NCBI GenBank assembly: GCA_951406725.2
Contig: OX597820.1
Coordinates: 124,124,001-124,188,000 of the forward strand
DNA length: 64,000 bases
Source: Octopus vulgaris
Taxonomy: Eukaryota
Direction: 5' to 3'
Shown here: positions 26,927 to 42,479 of the stretch, piece by piece
Layout of the letters: every line of letters starts with the position of its first letter
Position numbering within the stretch: position 1 is the stretch's first letter
Position numbers and translations under genes: made by a program
Notes under the pieces: model-generated
What the model was told of the DNA's origin: nothing
The model's database searches: none
The model's input: only the letters and a program-made list of their open reading frames with translations

Positions 26927-29539
26927 AATAAATGCAAAGATGTATGGTAAATAAACAAACGACATAACGTCTACTGACTGTATATCCGGGCGGGAGACAA
27001 ACACAGAAGGTCCCTAATTATTTACCAATTATCAACCAATTGGTAATACTCAGCTTTGCATCATTAATACATATATATATATCATTACATTCCTTCACCG
27101 AATTTCAAAATTTAGCAAGTGTTAGTAATAACTGTAATTTCAACGAATGTTTTCTGTAATTTATGTGCAAATGGTCATCATACGATGCCAAGTGGAATTA
27201 TTTTATACTTATGCCAAACTTTTGGAGATTTATGGTACATTTCATTGTGGCATTAACGCAAATTAATGTTGGTCAGGAATCTATGTGAACAATATATTCA
27301 CTATTTGGTTTGCTATTAGAAATTATTTTAACCAAATCCATAATACATATCCTGAGGGAACTTGAATATATTATACTAGATACAATGTATAAAACCCACC
27401 TTAGCTGCACCATTTTGAAGTAGGCATATTTCTCTTCATCCGACATTTCTAAGATTGAGATATTCAGTAGCATATTACAGACAATAAAGGATTTGATTTC
27501 TAGAAAAATAACATTTGCGTCAAACAACAATGGGTCATGTTAGACTACGGTACATATATAAAACCAGGTACATATATAAAACACAATATTCATCAGTGCA
27601 CTCGCTCAGAATTACATAATTTGAAAAATAGGAATATCACAAGGTGAAAACGTGGGACGCTGTTAACTATCTGATCAATCAGGCATTCAAAATTCAATAG
27701 TTGATGAGTTTTACAAGGCGAAAATATACCTTAGATATTGACTGATACTCATACTGAATTAATAGCGGCAATGTTTAACATACTTTGATTAGCAAACATA
27801 CTTTATGTACAGTTATTTGTAAACAACACTACAAAGTTGTTTTGTTGGCACATATAAAGCAGCTATTGCAAGATATGAGAAACGAAATTTTACTGTACAT
27901 CTGACAAACAATTGTAAAAAAAGACAATGTGTACTAGAACATTGTATTTTAGATATTTTCGAAAGCACTTTTAATATTCCACTTTAAAAGAGTTCCTTTT
28001 TTTTTTATTAGCAATGCTTTAATTTCTATTATATAGAGGGTGAGGAAAAAATTCCTTGATTAACAAACAAGGCAACGTAGTACATAACATAAAATAAACG
28101 AAAACCTTCAATCAAAATTATGCGTTTTCTTCTGCTCAAGACAAATAACATGTAAAGAAACGATCAGTAAAAATGACGCCATTAAAACATGTAAAAGAGA
28201 AAAGGAAAGCCTTCAACTTTTCATATTTCGAAGTTCATTAAAAGAATATTTAAAATTCATCAAAAGTCTTTTTTTAACAAAGGAAAAATTCAATGTCTTA
28301 ATCTCTTACTTCGAAGCAGACAATCGATTTTATGCCATTGTCTGCATGCATATATGTGCACATTTTATCGATTTATTTGCAAAAGTTTGAGTCGAGACAA
28401 AATGAACTGAAGGAGAAAAAATTTGATTTTTGTATATTATTCGGAGAACTTAGTAGATATACGTGAGAATAAAGGTAATTGATTCGCAGCAAACACTTTT
28501 ATCTGTAGTATAAGTATGTTCATACACATTCACATAAACATTGTAGATAATTTTGCAATAGATTATTCTATTTGTTTTGTTTATATATGTTTAAAATTAA
28601 GGATTGATATTACGCAAAAGCACATACATGACCGAAACAAAATACAGTCACATTCGTTGTGCCCACTCTATCATTATTCTTTTTATTCTGACCTGTGAAA
28701 TAGCTATCACGGACTCAAGAAGGATGAAGCTAAAATCTAATGATCTCAGTCAAATTAATTTTTATTGATTATCTTTCTCCGTACGCACAATACGTTTTAA
28801 ATACTGTTTAGTATTCTGAGATGCACGTCGAAAGATTTTTTTTCTTGTAAATGGTTTGAGTTCAAGCCTCACAATTCCAACCAACCTATTCACTTATAAT
28901 AGTTGATAAGAATCTTGAGAAATGAACATCTTTCTGCCGGTTAGCTCTGAAAGTTAAATATTTTTACCTCGAAACAAATTCAAACTTGTTTATGCATTTA
29001 CGTGCTATATCATTACAAACATCTCAATAAGTTAATAGTGAATTTAATTACTTTAAATATAAGCGTTTAGGCAATAATTTCGCTGATATATATCTTTGAA
29101 CTAGCAGAAGGTAAAAGAAACAATACGTAAAAATTATCTTCTTACTGGAAGAAACTCATATAATGACTCGTTAATTAGAATGTAATAGTGACATATAATT
29201 TCCAATAATAACCTACAGAAAAGTGTATGCTATTTCCTGCATACAATAACAATATTAAAATGGAATAATACATGTAACAAAAAAAGGAACTTTTTTACTA
29301 GCCACGAGCGTTTCAAAGGATAGCCAAAAACACAATGTAAATATAAACGAAGCTTGTAATGATAAGACTAAGTATTCCTTGGAGTGGGATGTTGTTTGCT
29401 ATAATGTTGGGTCGGATACATTTTACCTTGAGTTTGCATTTTATATTTTTTAAACTGTAACTGTATTTGATATAAAGAAATGGTTTAGGCATATATGGTG
29501 ATGATGACAACAACATTGATGTTTCTTCAATATATTTGT

Positions 29540-31050
29540 ATATTGACGAATATGAGAAGGTGAAATCATGCCAGAATGCATTCGAAAAACAAACAAAATA
29601 TTCTATCTAATTTTCTCTGTACTTTAATGAAGTTGTTTGTTTTTAATTACAAAGTAACAGAAAGAAATTTGGACAACATTTTTACCACCAGGCCAGGAGT
29701 TGCGCCGTGGGTATCCCAATAGCAGTTAATTTAGCTAATTTCTTCATGATGAAATTCGAGACACAGTTACTGAAGACACTCAAATCCCTGCGTGGCAATG
29801 AACTAAATTACTCCGCTTACGGTTCATAGATTACATCTTTTTTGTCTGGAAAGCATTGCAGGACAGCTTAATTAATTTCTTGCATTTCTGTAACTTTTAC
29901 ACTAAAAGCTATGCCTTTAAGTCTAATAAAAAATTCAAGTCTAGTTTTTCAAAAACTAATGTTGAGGTTTTGGACACAAAAGTCAAGTTTTCTGGAGGTA
30001 GAATAGTAACAAAGATATTTTGCAAGACCCCATCATCCCACATTTACCGCCTTCGGCGCTCCGATCATTCATGTGTAATCCGATCATCCACCTCAAATCC
30101 AAAATCTTAGATTTGTATTGGTAGTGGGGATTACTGGAAACAGGCAAATGTTTTCGTACAATTTTATGACAAACGCATTTACAGTGAACCACGATTAAAA
30201 GAAATTGCAAATGAAGTTGCTAAACAAAGTGCGATATAACAAAGAGATACCATCCACTCTTGCCATTTTCAATAAATTCACTCGAGGACAGCACTTCCAT
30301 CTCCACACTCAATTTCCTTTTCAAGTGAAACTTGAGAAAGTCAATGAGAGGTCTACCAAAGAGGAGCTCCAACAAAACTAAACTTAGTTGCTAAACTTAG
30401 CGCCAAAGTAAAATTGGTGATGGAATTCCTTTAGTGATTAAGTGACACCGAAATTTCGCTCGCATTTTAAAAGTGTTACATGGAAGTTGCCAACATATTG
30501 CAGAAAAATATCCTCGTCTTAAACAAATATTCCTCAGCCGCCTATTGTAGCTTTTCGGCGGAATAAAAGTATAAGATATATGTTAGCCACCGCTACCTGT
30601 AACTCGAAGTAAAATAGCATTAGCGTTTCAGAACGCCGTGCCTTGAAAGGCAGTTACACGAAGATAAGCCTTGTTCGTTGTGCAATAACTTGAGTCAAGT
30701 CAATTCTCTTATGAATCATAACAGAAATAATTTATACCGAAAGTTGGACATGTAAAATTCCCAGTTGGTGTACGCAGCAGAATGCACCAAAACAACTTGA
30801 TTTATGTTGATTGTATAACAGAATAAATAAACAAATGATTCAATGGGCACAAGTATGATGTCAGGCACAATAACAGTAGTTCGACAGAACTTGCCGAAAA
30901 TTTTACATCAAGCGACTGCAATTTTGAGGAGCAGCTGATTCTACTCATTCTCACAAAATATTCTGATTCTACTACATTTTCAGTCTTCGAAATGCATAAG
31001 TACGTACTTGTGAATTGCATTTCGCCCTGGCGGAACAAATAAAATGACAG
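29540..31050 (+). mobile_element. Penelope-like element remnant (RT and GIY-YIG)
   Basis: FYHQARSCAVGIPIAVNLANFFMMKFE (cf. G.AMGS..A...ANLFM..FE), RFIDYIFFVW (cf. RFIDDIF), VEVLDTKV..IVTKIFCKT, and LVYAAECTK..LIYV at ~30765-30810. Confidence 0.85.
30229..30377 (-). repeat. Local copy of Tx1-like LINE segment 31962-32130 inserted in the PLE
   Basis: Near-identical to 31962-32130 apart from a 20-bp deletion between two tttc motifs and a few substitutions. Confidence 0.9.
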
Positions 31051-31336
31051 GTGAGTTTCATCATATTTACACAAAACTGTTCCACTAAATTTTCTTTCGT
31101 CATTTTACTTTCTCTTTCCTTTCACCAGTTACAAAATTGAAAAATGTTGACGTCATCAAAATAGGAACACAGGATTTCCTCGTTTATATTTCCTATCCCT
31201 GTGGTTCTGCTGATGTTTTCATTTTCACATTTTCAGCTTGAAGAAGAACGATGATCTGTTGATATATCGTTTACACTGTTAAATAAGCACTCTATTACAA
31301 ATCTCATCGCACCCGCCTTATTGTCGAATGATGCTG

Positions 31337-31337
<1 letters not shown>

Positions 31338-31421
<84 letters not shown>

Positions 31422-31452
31422 TAATGATAATAACAATAATGAAAATGATAAT
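31338..31452. repeat. (AAT)n microsatellite, probable tail of the adjacent LINE
   Basis: Tandem AAT just 3' (minus strand) of the AATAAA at ~31466-31471. Confidence 0.9.
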
Positions 31453-31454
31453 GG

Positions 31455-32130
31455 TAATTTCATTTATTTGCCATGAGGGCAAAGATAAGGGGAGCAATAC
31501 AAAGACAAGCAAGTAGTCGGGGGGGGGGGGGTACATATAATAATGAAATGATGAATAAAACAAAATAAAAAAATATTTTTATTTAAAATAAATAACAAAG
31601 GTAAAAAAAAAAATAAAAAGTATACACGGTGTACACTGCGAAAGAGTCGACATATGCATAGCATACAGAGGTGCAGCGAAAAATATTGGGAGAGAATGAT
31701 AGAGATGCGATACAGGCACGGCTCTCATAGCTCGAGATTTCCCTGAAAGCCTATGCGCAAGTGCTCTCTCCAATTCCTTCTCTCCGACTCACAGGTCTAC
31801 ACATAAAGAGTGTTGTGTGGACGACCCCAGGCGATGAAGTAGGCTAGCCCAGTATGTAGATATACAGGGAGAAGTCTAGACGTCGAGAGTAGAGTTGAGT
31901 AGAGGTCATCAAACGGGCGATATAACAGTGGCGACGAGGATGAGATAGAGGTCATCAGAACGTGTGATATAACTAAGAGATACCATCCACTCTTGCCATT
32001 TTCGCAACTTTGACCCACCTTTCAATAAATTCACTCGAGGATAGCACTTCCATCTCCACTCTCAACTTCGCTTTCAAGTGAAACTTGAGAAAGTCAATGA
32101 GAGCTCTACCAAAGAGGAGCTCCAACAAAA
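31455..32130 (-). mobile_element. Tx1/L1-like LINE 3' end (ORF2 C-terminus plus 3' UTR)
   Basis: GRALIDFLKFHLKAKLRVEMEVLSSSEFIERWVKVAKM is homologous to YSFSYHLKSKVALECRHLSRSIFGRRWKDVARK at 4740-4850. The 3' UTR ends ...ggcaAATAAAtgaaatt before the trinucleotide tail. Confidence 0.8.
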
Positions 32131-32164
32131 TCTGTGATAAAGGGATTATAATAATCATAAGGAT

Positions 32165-32250
32165 TTAAAAGTTCGGTATAAGGACAGCAACTTAGGAGAT
32201 GAGGTAAGTCGATTGCATCGATCACAATACTCAGCTGGGACTTATTTCTC
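32165..32250 (-). mobile_element. Deu/Nin-like SINE tail fragment
   Basis: taagtcgattgcatcgatcacaatactcagctgggacttattt resembles 4331-4372. Confidence 0.55.
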
Positions 32251-32279
32251 GGAGAATCCCCGCATGCAGATTGTTTTAA

Positions 32280-32660
32280 CAAAATCCAGATTAAAGTAGT
32301 ATCAATGATAATCTGTTACATTACAATGTTCTGGATAAATGACAAGCAATACACAAGGAACGATGAAGGAAATATATTGTGAAAGGAATCCCGTTACTAT
32401 TTTACAGAATGGTATTTTAGAGGAGTCCTTCTCTCCAATCTTTTCCTAACTGACTATAATATCAAACGTTAAATGGAAAGAAAATACAAATGGAAATGCT
32501 ATGGAAAGACAATAAAATAACTTTTGCATACACATGATGTCAGGCTGCATACTGGTCATGATAAAACAGTAGAACAAGTTATATGAATTTTTGCATAGAT
32601 TCGCCTGGGAATTTAATATTATATTCTCTCCATGCGACGACGAAGAAAGGAAGTACAATA
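32280..32660 (+). mobile_element. Very old R4/Dong-like RT fragment
   Basis: NGILEESFSPIF (cf. GIFQGDSLSPLLF) and LLHTHDVRLH (cf. LLYMDDLKLY) in the expected order. Confidence 0.45.
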
Positions 32661-32834
32661 AAAAGTAAGAAACATATACCTTGGAAAATAAAGATAGAAA
32701 ATAGACTGAAAACCAAATACTGATTTACGAACACAGGAATTTGATAAATTGGACAGTGTACAACGATATATAAATAAAATAATATTGTTGTTTTAGAATA
32801 TATATACATATATATGTATGAGTGTGTGTGTGTG

Positions 32835-32874
<40 letters not shown>

Positions 32875-32879
32875 TACAT

Positions 32880-32924
<45 letters not shown>

Positions 32925-33371
32925 ATCTGTATATGTGAGTGTGGCTTTTGTAAAATTATCATAAAATCAACTACCTATTGCTATTGTAGGAATACAGTAA
33001 TAATACAGGAAAATACATGCAAACAAATAGTTATAAAAAGTGTTTTCTAGTTACATGGAAGCCAGCATCTAAAAGACAAAAGGTTTGTGGTATCGGATAA
33101 CTTTGACTATGTTGGAGAAAAACAACAGAATCTAGTAAACATTAAATAAATTGAACCGAAAATATGAGTACAACATTTCATCGAGACGAATATAACTCAT
33201 ATGCCCAATGATTGTAAAACACAAAGCAAGTGGAAAGGAACAGATATCACCAATGCGTGGAAAGTTGAGGATAGATTTTTGCCTTCGACACAACGAAAGT
33301 TCGGAGCCATAAAACACAGAAACCGCATGCTGACTTTGCATAAACAAAATAGTCATAATAGTATAGCTATG

Positions 33372-33725
<354 letters not shown>

Positions 33726-33826
33726 AAATAACAGGTTTTATTTGACATTTACTTTCTATAATACATTATATTACTTTACCCAACTATAAGGTAAACCATC
33801 ATTCATGACTATTATTATTATTATTA

Positions 33827-33876
<50 letters not shown>

Positions 33877-34206
33877 GAATTGAAATAAAAGGAATTATTT
33901 TAACGCATGCATACATACATACACACACCTATACATACACACATGATACACATGTCTATGCATTCGGTGTATCCCAAATGTATCCCACTGTAATCATTAT
34001 TGCCTTTGTACACCTTAATGCTTTTCCATATCAGGTATTTAAAATAAAAAAATTATATATTTATATATGTTTTGTAATTTTAATTCTGCCTTGTATAATG
34101 AAACAATTGTTGGTGAATATGTTGATTAACTAATAAATTAATTTGTATCCATTAGATCTGTTTGTTTTCTAACTCGACAATTATATATATATATATATAT
34201 TCTCGA

Positions 34207-34255
<49 letters not shown>

Positions 34256-35264
34256 AAGGAAGAGTATGTTTTCTAGTGTCTATGATTATGAAGAGTAGCA
34301 AAGGCTAATTTGAATTTGTTCTACAAGTGAATATTTCTGAGAATGAATTTACATCTAAGCGATATAACCGATCCTTCTATCCAGGGCCCTACAATAAATT
34401 CATTTATACTTTATGTGTTCGCAAGAGCAACATACAATTAATATGACTATGCAAAATATATACCTTCTAAAAGAATTGTCAAGTTAGACAAAGGTGTCAA
34501 TCAGTAATTCGGTTTATAACGGAAGTTCCAAATGTAGTTAGTAGCCAGTGGGCTTGCGAATAAAATTCTAAATTAGAAATTAAATATATCATATGAATAT
34601 TTACCTATCTATTACGTCGATGAGGTAGAAAACTAAATGTGGATGTTTTCCACATTTCGCTGGCTAGAAAGCATGTCAAAACATTTTTACGGAGTTATGT
34701 GACTATGTATATAAAATAATGAAACATTTATTTCAATAACTAAGATTGTTTTAGTGGTAGTTAAACTACAATGTCCTAAATACACGTGTGTTGTATTTTC
34801 GTTACACATATTTTAAAGTAGTTTAACGTACATAAACTTTCTCTATATAACACTGGAGATAATTTTACAATTGCTATGAAGATAGTGATTTGAGAAAATA
34901 TTTCGAACGCATTGGATATACAAATCTAGGTCTTGTGTGAATTTCTTTTAGTGTTTAGAAGCCATTAATTTCTATTTAATCTTATAGCTTTCCTCTTTAT
35001 TAACAAATGCAGCTATATAAAAGGGGAAAGCATCGTAAGTGTATCCTACCACATGTTCAATTAATGTATCTGTGTTGTATGCATCGAGTTTGTATGAATT
35101 AGCGTGTAATCAATAGTTTTGGTATGGTGTAAATTTTCATGAACTACAAACTAATCTACATCGAGTAAACACACAATTGGGTGCATGAGGATGGAAATTT
35201 GTGCATTTTCGTTTCGTATAGTCAAATCAGAGTTTACTTTGTATATATTCAATAATCTTTTATT

Positions 35265-35650
35265 TTATATCTTTTACTTTTTTGAGTCATTTGACTGCAA
35301 CCAGACTGAGGCTCCAACTTGAATTTTTAGTGAAATATATGGCCCTCAGGGCTTATGTTTTAAGCATGGGACTTTTCTATCGGTTTCTTTGGCCGAACCT
35401 CTGTGTTACAGGGACACAGACACGCCAACATGTCAAGCGTTGATAGTGGGCAGCAAAATACAGACACAAACACACACACACATGCGTACCGGCCTTCTTT
35501 AAGTTTTCGTCTACCAAATCCACTCAAAAGTTTTAGGGAGGCCCGAGGCTATAGTTGAAGAGATGCCTATGGTGGCACACAGTGGAACTGAACCGGGAAA
35601 CATTTGGTTGGGAAGGAAGTTTCTTATCACGCATCCACCTCTGCGCCTAT
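35265..35650 (-). mobile_element. Full-length, diverged tRNA-derived CORE-like SINE
   Basis: Minus strand: head ggcgcagaggtggatgcgtgataag...ccggttcagttccactg, ctatagcctcgggc, ggatttggtagacgaaaac, internal TG repeat, tail cagtcaaatgactcaaaaaagtaaaag. Confidence 0.85.
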
Positions 35651-36559
35651 TTAGAGAACAAAAATGAATATGATCAAATATGGAGCTCTTATTTAAAACA
35701 GCTGAAATAATAATAATTCAGGAAGCATTTTGAAGTGGTTTAAAGAATATTTTAGATGCAGAAATGAAAATACATTAATAGAGGGAATACATTTAGTGAT
35801 ATTGTTTATTATTTTCATTTTGGCTTTATTTATGTTTATGAGTTTGTTTTCACTTTTGGTGTTTGCATGTTAGGAATCTTTGGTTTGTATGATCTTTTTT
35901 TTTTTATTTAATACACAGGATAATAAGGACTTATTCTAATACTCCGAAACATTAACTGAATATGGTTTTCTGTATAGATAGGCTGCATATGCACAGATAA
36001 AACTTTGCTTTTAAATAATCTCGCAGTGTCTTTATTTTTAAATTGGTAGCTTTTTAAATGTTCTAAAACACACTCATTCATATTAATTTTATGTGACAGA
36101 TCCAAGCCTACCTTATATATAAATATATTTAACATATCAAATCCTCTGTAGAACGTAATGTTTCTTGCCTAACATTGCATAATGTATTAATCTAATTTTG
36201 CTTCACAATGCCAAAATGCATATCATCACAGAATATTCATTTTATCACAAAATATTAAAATATCCTAAAGATAACATTAATCCTAATTTTAGTATTTTGT
36301 GTAATTTTACGAGGTTTTAGTAAATCTAAGCATCCAAAATCAATTCTTTATTTTATAGTATATATTTTTAACACATGCTCCGTTGTACAATCATAGAATG
36401 AATTAGGAATCGCCATTTGAACAGTTATCATTGAATATCAAAGCGATCACAGAAATTAATTATTAATACGTTCTAGTCGAACTTTCTATACTCACTGCCG
36501 TTGTATTTCGTCATTTGAAAACAAATTCACCTTTTAAACGAAGCTGTGTCCATAATACA

Positions 36560-36820
36560 CTAGGTTAATTTGTGTATGGGAAGTTAGGGACACCGCTGTG
36601 TAGACCAATTTTGTTTCCTGCCCAAAGGCGTATGGAACATGCTTATTTGGTACTTGCTCATCATGCATTATTTGCTATGTGTCCTTACATCCCAACGGAT
36701 TATAAAATGCCATGTGTACGGTGAATAGTGGAAAGGAAAATGATTTATAGTTAATCCTTTCCATGAAATATTAAACACTTGTGTCCCAAAGTCCCCTTGC
36801 TTCAATAAATCGAGCATCTT
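36560..36820. repeat. Degenerate inverted repeat (possible ancient MITE)
   Basis: gggaagttagggacac (36578-36593) vs the reverse complement of gtgtcccaaagtcccc (36781-36796), plus weaker pairing inside and outside. Confidence 0.35.
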
Positions 36821-37249
36821 AATAACTCGCATTCCTCTGAAATAGAAGATGTATTTCATGCCTAAATACAGCAGCTATTACAATATTCACGTTTGAAAGT
36901 GCTTAAACTTATTGAGGCTGAATATGTATGCCATCGTGACTGTCAGGAATCTAAGCATTATTCAGTTTTCTACTTGCAATAATTAAGTTTGGACTTCATA
37001 AGTGATAAGTTTAAATATCAAATTTCATTATGGAGACACTACATTAAACAAGACTCAGACAGCACAAACTTTATTGCAACACGATTTATAATCAAATAAA
37101 TTACTATGTACTAAACAATATGCAACAAATATATGTCAGCATTTATTTTTGAACTAAATGCCTGACAATAAATGAGAAATACCAGGAATTAGCTAGTGAG
37201 GTGAAGATATTTGTAGAAGATAAACATGACAGTTTTCCCTGCTGTATCA

Positions 37250-37862
37250 GAATCGATACGAAAAAGTATAAAATGAAATTCATAAGAAAGAAGGTTGATA
37301 AAACCCAGTCGTGGAAAAGGAAACTGAAGTAATAAACATCCCCCAAGTCGACGCAGGAAGTTTGTGCAAAATAAAACATAATAAACAAATGGGCGTCGCT
37401 GTGTTAGATAAAGTGTGCAAGTTTGTGGATTCGAAGTGACCGAAATATATTAAAACAAGAGCCATAGTGAGGCCATGGTGAAGCATATTGGGTGATATTG
37501 TGCGAATTAGACATACCATACTATGGAAGGAAGGAAACAAGTTATATATTAGAATAAGACAAATAGTAAAAGATCATAGATTTTCAATTCTACATGACAA
37601 CAGAGTGGATATCAAAGTAAATGAAAAATATCAGGAACAAGCCAAAAAGATGAAGATATTGTAGAAGAAAAACATGATAGTTATTCCCGCTGTAATTGAT
37701 GAACTTAGCACAGCATCAAAAATGCTATCTATTTCAGAGGTTGAAGTATTTTGGAATTAAGACTTGCCTTATCGACCTACAAATAAAGGTGCAGTCTCTT
37801 TCTACCAGAACTCTAAGAACAGTTCTTTCATATTTGAGAAGACTTTCGTCACGCAATCTCGG
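37250..37862 (+). mobile_element. Old R4/Dong-like LINE 3' end
   Basis: IIDFSILHDNRVDIKVNEKYQEQA and VIPAVIDELSTASK correspond to LIDVSIPADDNV..KEMEKLSKYKDL and IPIIVGALG in the young copy. Ends in aataataa. Confidence 0.65.
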
Positions 37863-38149
37863 AATAATAACCAACTGAATTATGTGTATAAGCTTCCAAT
37901 AGTAACAACAATAACAACAAAAACATCAGCAACAACAACAACAACAACAATAATAACAACAATAATAATAATAATAATAATTATAATAAGGATATTGGAA
38001 TAAATGTGGTGATAATGTGGTGCAAAACAAAAATGCCCTTGCTACTCTTGGCCTCCGTGTAGTAAGGCACCTGAAATAAAGTCATAATGAAAAGAAACTA
38101 TAAAAGGTGATGATGATGTTGAGGATGATAATAACAACAACAGCAACGA

Positions 38150-39920
<1,771 letters not shown>

Positions 39921-39955
<35 letters not shown>

Positions 39956-39979
39956 AATAATATTAATAATAATAATAAT

Positions 39980-40052
<73 letters not shown>
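39921..40052. repeat. (TAA)n microsatellite, 3' flank
   Basis: TAA array directly after the element 3' UTR. Confidence 0.95.
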
Positions 40053-40055
<3 letters not shown>

Positions 40056-40539
40056 CAAATCTAATCTAGTAACATCGGTGGGAGACTTGAAGTAAGCGGC
40101 TTTTAAAGGAAAATATTCACAAAAGCAAAATTTTATTGCCTTACAAAGCACAGTTTTTCCTATGCTCGATGTCTCAATGAAATATGTGCTAAACACAAAC
40201 GTGGTAGTTTACAAATTATAAAATATAAATGGAACAAAACAGTAAGTACGTAAATTAATTACTTACGCATATACGTCACTGTCTACACAATCTTATATAT
40301 ATATATTTTAATACCATATATTTTAATACACATAAATCCCAATGTTTACACATCTACGTGAAATTTCCAGGACACACATACACGCATATGAAAACACGTA
40401 TCACAAATAAAGCAAAAACAAAAAAAAAAGCAAGAGAAAACAATTTTTTTCATTTTCCGAACAAACATAGATAGAGTGAACAATTCATAAGTTTAAAACA
40501 CTACAAAAAACATTGCCCGGTGATAAATCTCTCAATAAA

Positions 40540-41960
40540 TACCTTATAAAGACGAATACAGATCTGTTAGCCTTATGAAGCCACGTTACGAACAATAAAA
40601 AGCCAGAGAATTGAAACCACAACTGGGCATACAATGACAGTGGTTGAGAAAGGACAATGGTATAAATACTTGAGAATACAGGAAGCATACGAGATAAGAA
40701 ATGAAGAAATGAGACAAATGACCGGTAGGGAGTACAAAAGGAGAGCAAGAAAATGATTGCAGTCTTATTGAAGCAATAAATTCAAGTTCACTACACTTAA
40801 TCAGATATGGAGTTGGAATCATAGACTGGACCAAATACGATATACTGTACTTGACAGAAAAACTACGAAGTTAAGGACGATGTATGGACCCCACCATCCG
40901 AAAGCCGATATCCACCGGAAGTACATGAGGAGAGACTATGCTGGAAGAGATTTAATAGCATTAGAAATAGGTGTACAGATGGATAGAAAAAGCCTAGTTG
41001 AGTATTTACAGAGCAGCTCAGAAAAACTACCTAAGACAGTTAATAAAGAACAGGTTTTGAAGCACGTAATAGGAGAAAAGGGCAAGAATGAAATACAAGG
41101 AGAGCACGTGAGATAGATCGAAGAGAAACCTCTGCATTGCCAATTTTGGGGAGCCACTAAAGACTTATTTGGAACAAAATCTGGGTTTGGTAAAAATGTG
41201 GTAATTAAAAGTGAAACAGAGAGCCTAATTATAGCAGCCGAAGTTCATGCGATAAAAATAAACAACTTGAGAAGAAATATATAATTAGAGAATGTGTCAG
41301 AAATACGTAGAACCCCTGGAATTTGCAACGAGACAATTGAACACACTGTGGCAGAATATCCACGTTGGCACGTGAAAAATATAAGAAATGGAGGCAGGAC
41401 CAGGTTATAAAAGAGCTACATTGGAAACTGTGCCAGAAATAAGGATTTGAAGCTGGAAACACATGGTAGAAAGATCGAGTGGAAGGAGTACTGGAATTAA
41501 AGAAATGTCAGATTTTGTTGGACTTTCCTAACCAAACGGAGAAGTTAGAAAATAATCGACCAGATGTAACAATTATGTATAAGGAAGCGCGAGGTTGCTT
41601 ACTTATCGATCCATCATGTCGGTTTGAGTCCAGGATCGTAAAGAAAGAGGAAGAAAGACAAAAGAACACAGTCCCTTAAAAATTGAAATAGGAAGAATTT
41701 GGAACATGTGAACAGTAAACGCCGAGCCTATAATAATTGAAGAGTTGGGAGCAGAAGCAAAGGTATAAACAAATGGCGGAAGGAGATGGAGTGCCCAGAC
41801 GTTTGTCTTTTAGGGTCAGCAAAGATTATCGAGAGGGTTCTAAGCACTTCAAAGACTGCTGAAAACATGTGGATACTTAAGGTTACATGTAGTAACAGCT
41901 ATTCACATAAATTCTACCATGAATAAGCCTGAACCTGATCCAACGCAAAATAATAATGAT
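40540..41960 (+). mobile_element. Older R4/Dong-like LINE 3' half
   Basis: YKYLRIQE, IRYGVGIIDWT, MYGPHHPKADIHRKYMRRDYAGRDL, EKPLHCQF, LHWKLCQK and ILLDFPNQT..NNRPDVTI...LLIDPSC. Ends aataataatgataat. Confidence 0.88.
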
Positions 41961-41967
41961 AATAATG

Positions 41968-42430
41968 AAAAGGCTACAGCGAATATTCTGCTCAATATCA
42001 CATATTTGCTTGTCAGTTGTTTCATCTTAACCAGATGAGCATGTCCCTTTGTGGCTAACAGTATGAGTATCTCTGATCACGAGCAGAAGTAGAGGCGGAG
42101 CATCATAGCCATGTGGTGAGAGGAATTTATTGGGATTAGAATAATTCACCTCTGAAAACATGGGTGTTTCGGTCAACATCCTCAAACGACCTTTATTCAG
42201 GGACCTTTGGAGCGGGATGGGGTACTCGACCTGAAGAAAATTTTAACAGGACCCTACATGTAAGGTTATACGCTTGGTATGAGATCATGTCGCCCACATG
42301 TGTTTGTGATGCTTGTGCCTGGTGCACCCTTATCAGATGTGTAGTCATGGTGGGAATACTGGGCTTTGTATATTTTATTCCAGTGTTACCTTGATGTCAT
42401 GCCCTACTCTCTTAATCAATGATAATGATA
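41968..42430 (+). mobile_element. Unclassified non-coding interspersed element with (GATAAT/AAT) tail
   Basis: A more GC-rich ~460-bp block between AAT-type runs. It resembles a repeat I recall from octopus, but I cannot assign a family. Confidence 0.4.
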
Positions 42431-42479
42431 ATTGTAACTATTGTGTGAATCGTAATGATCACTACTAACAGTAAAAATA

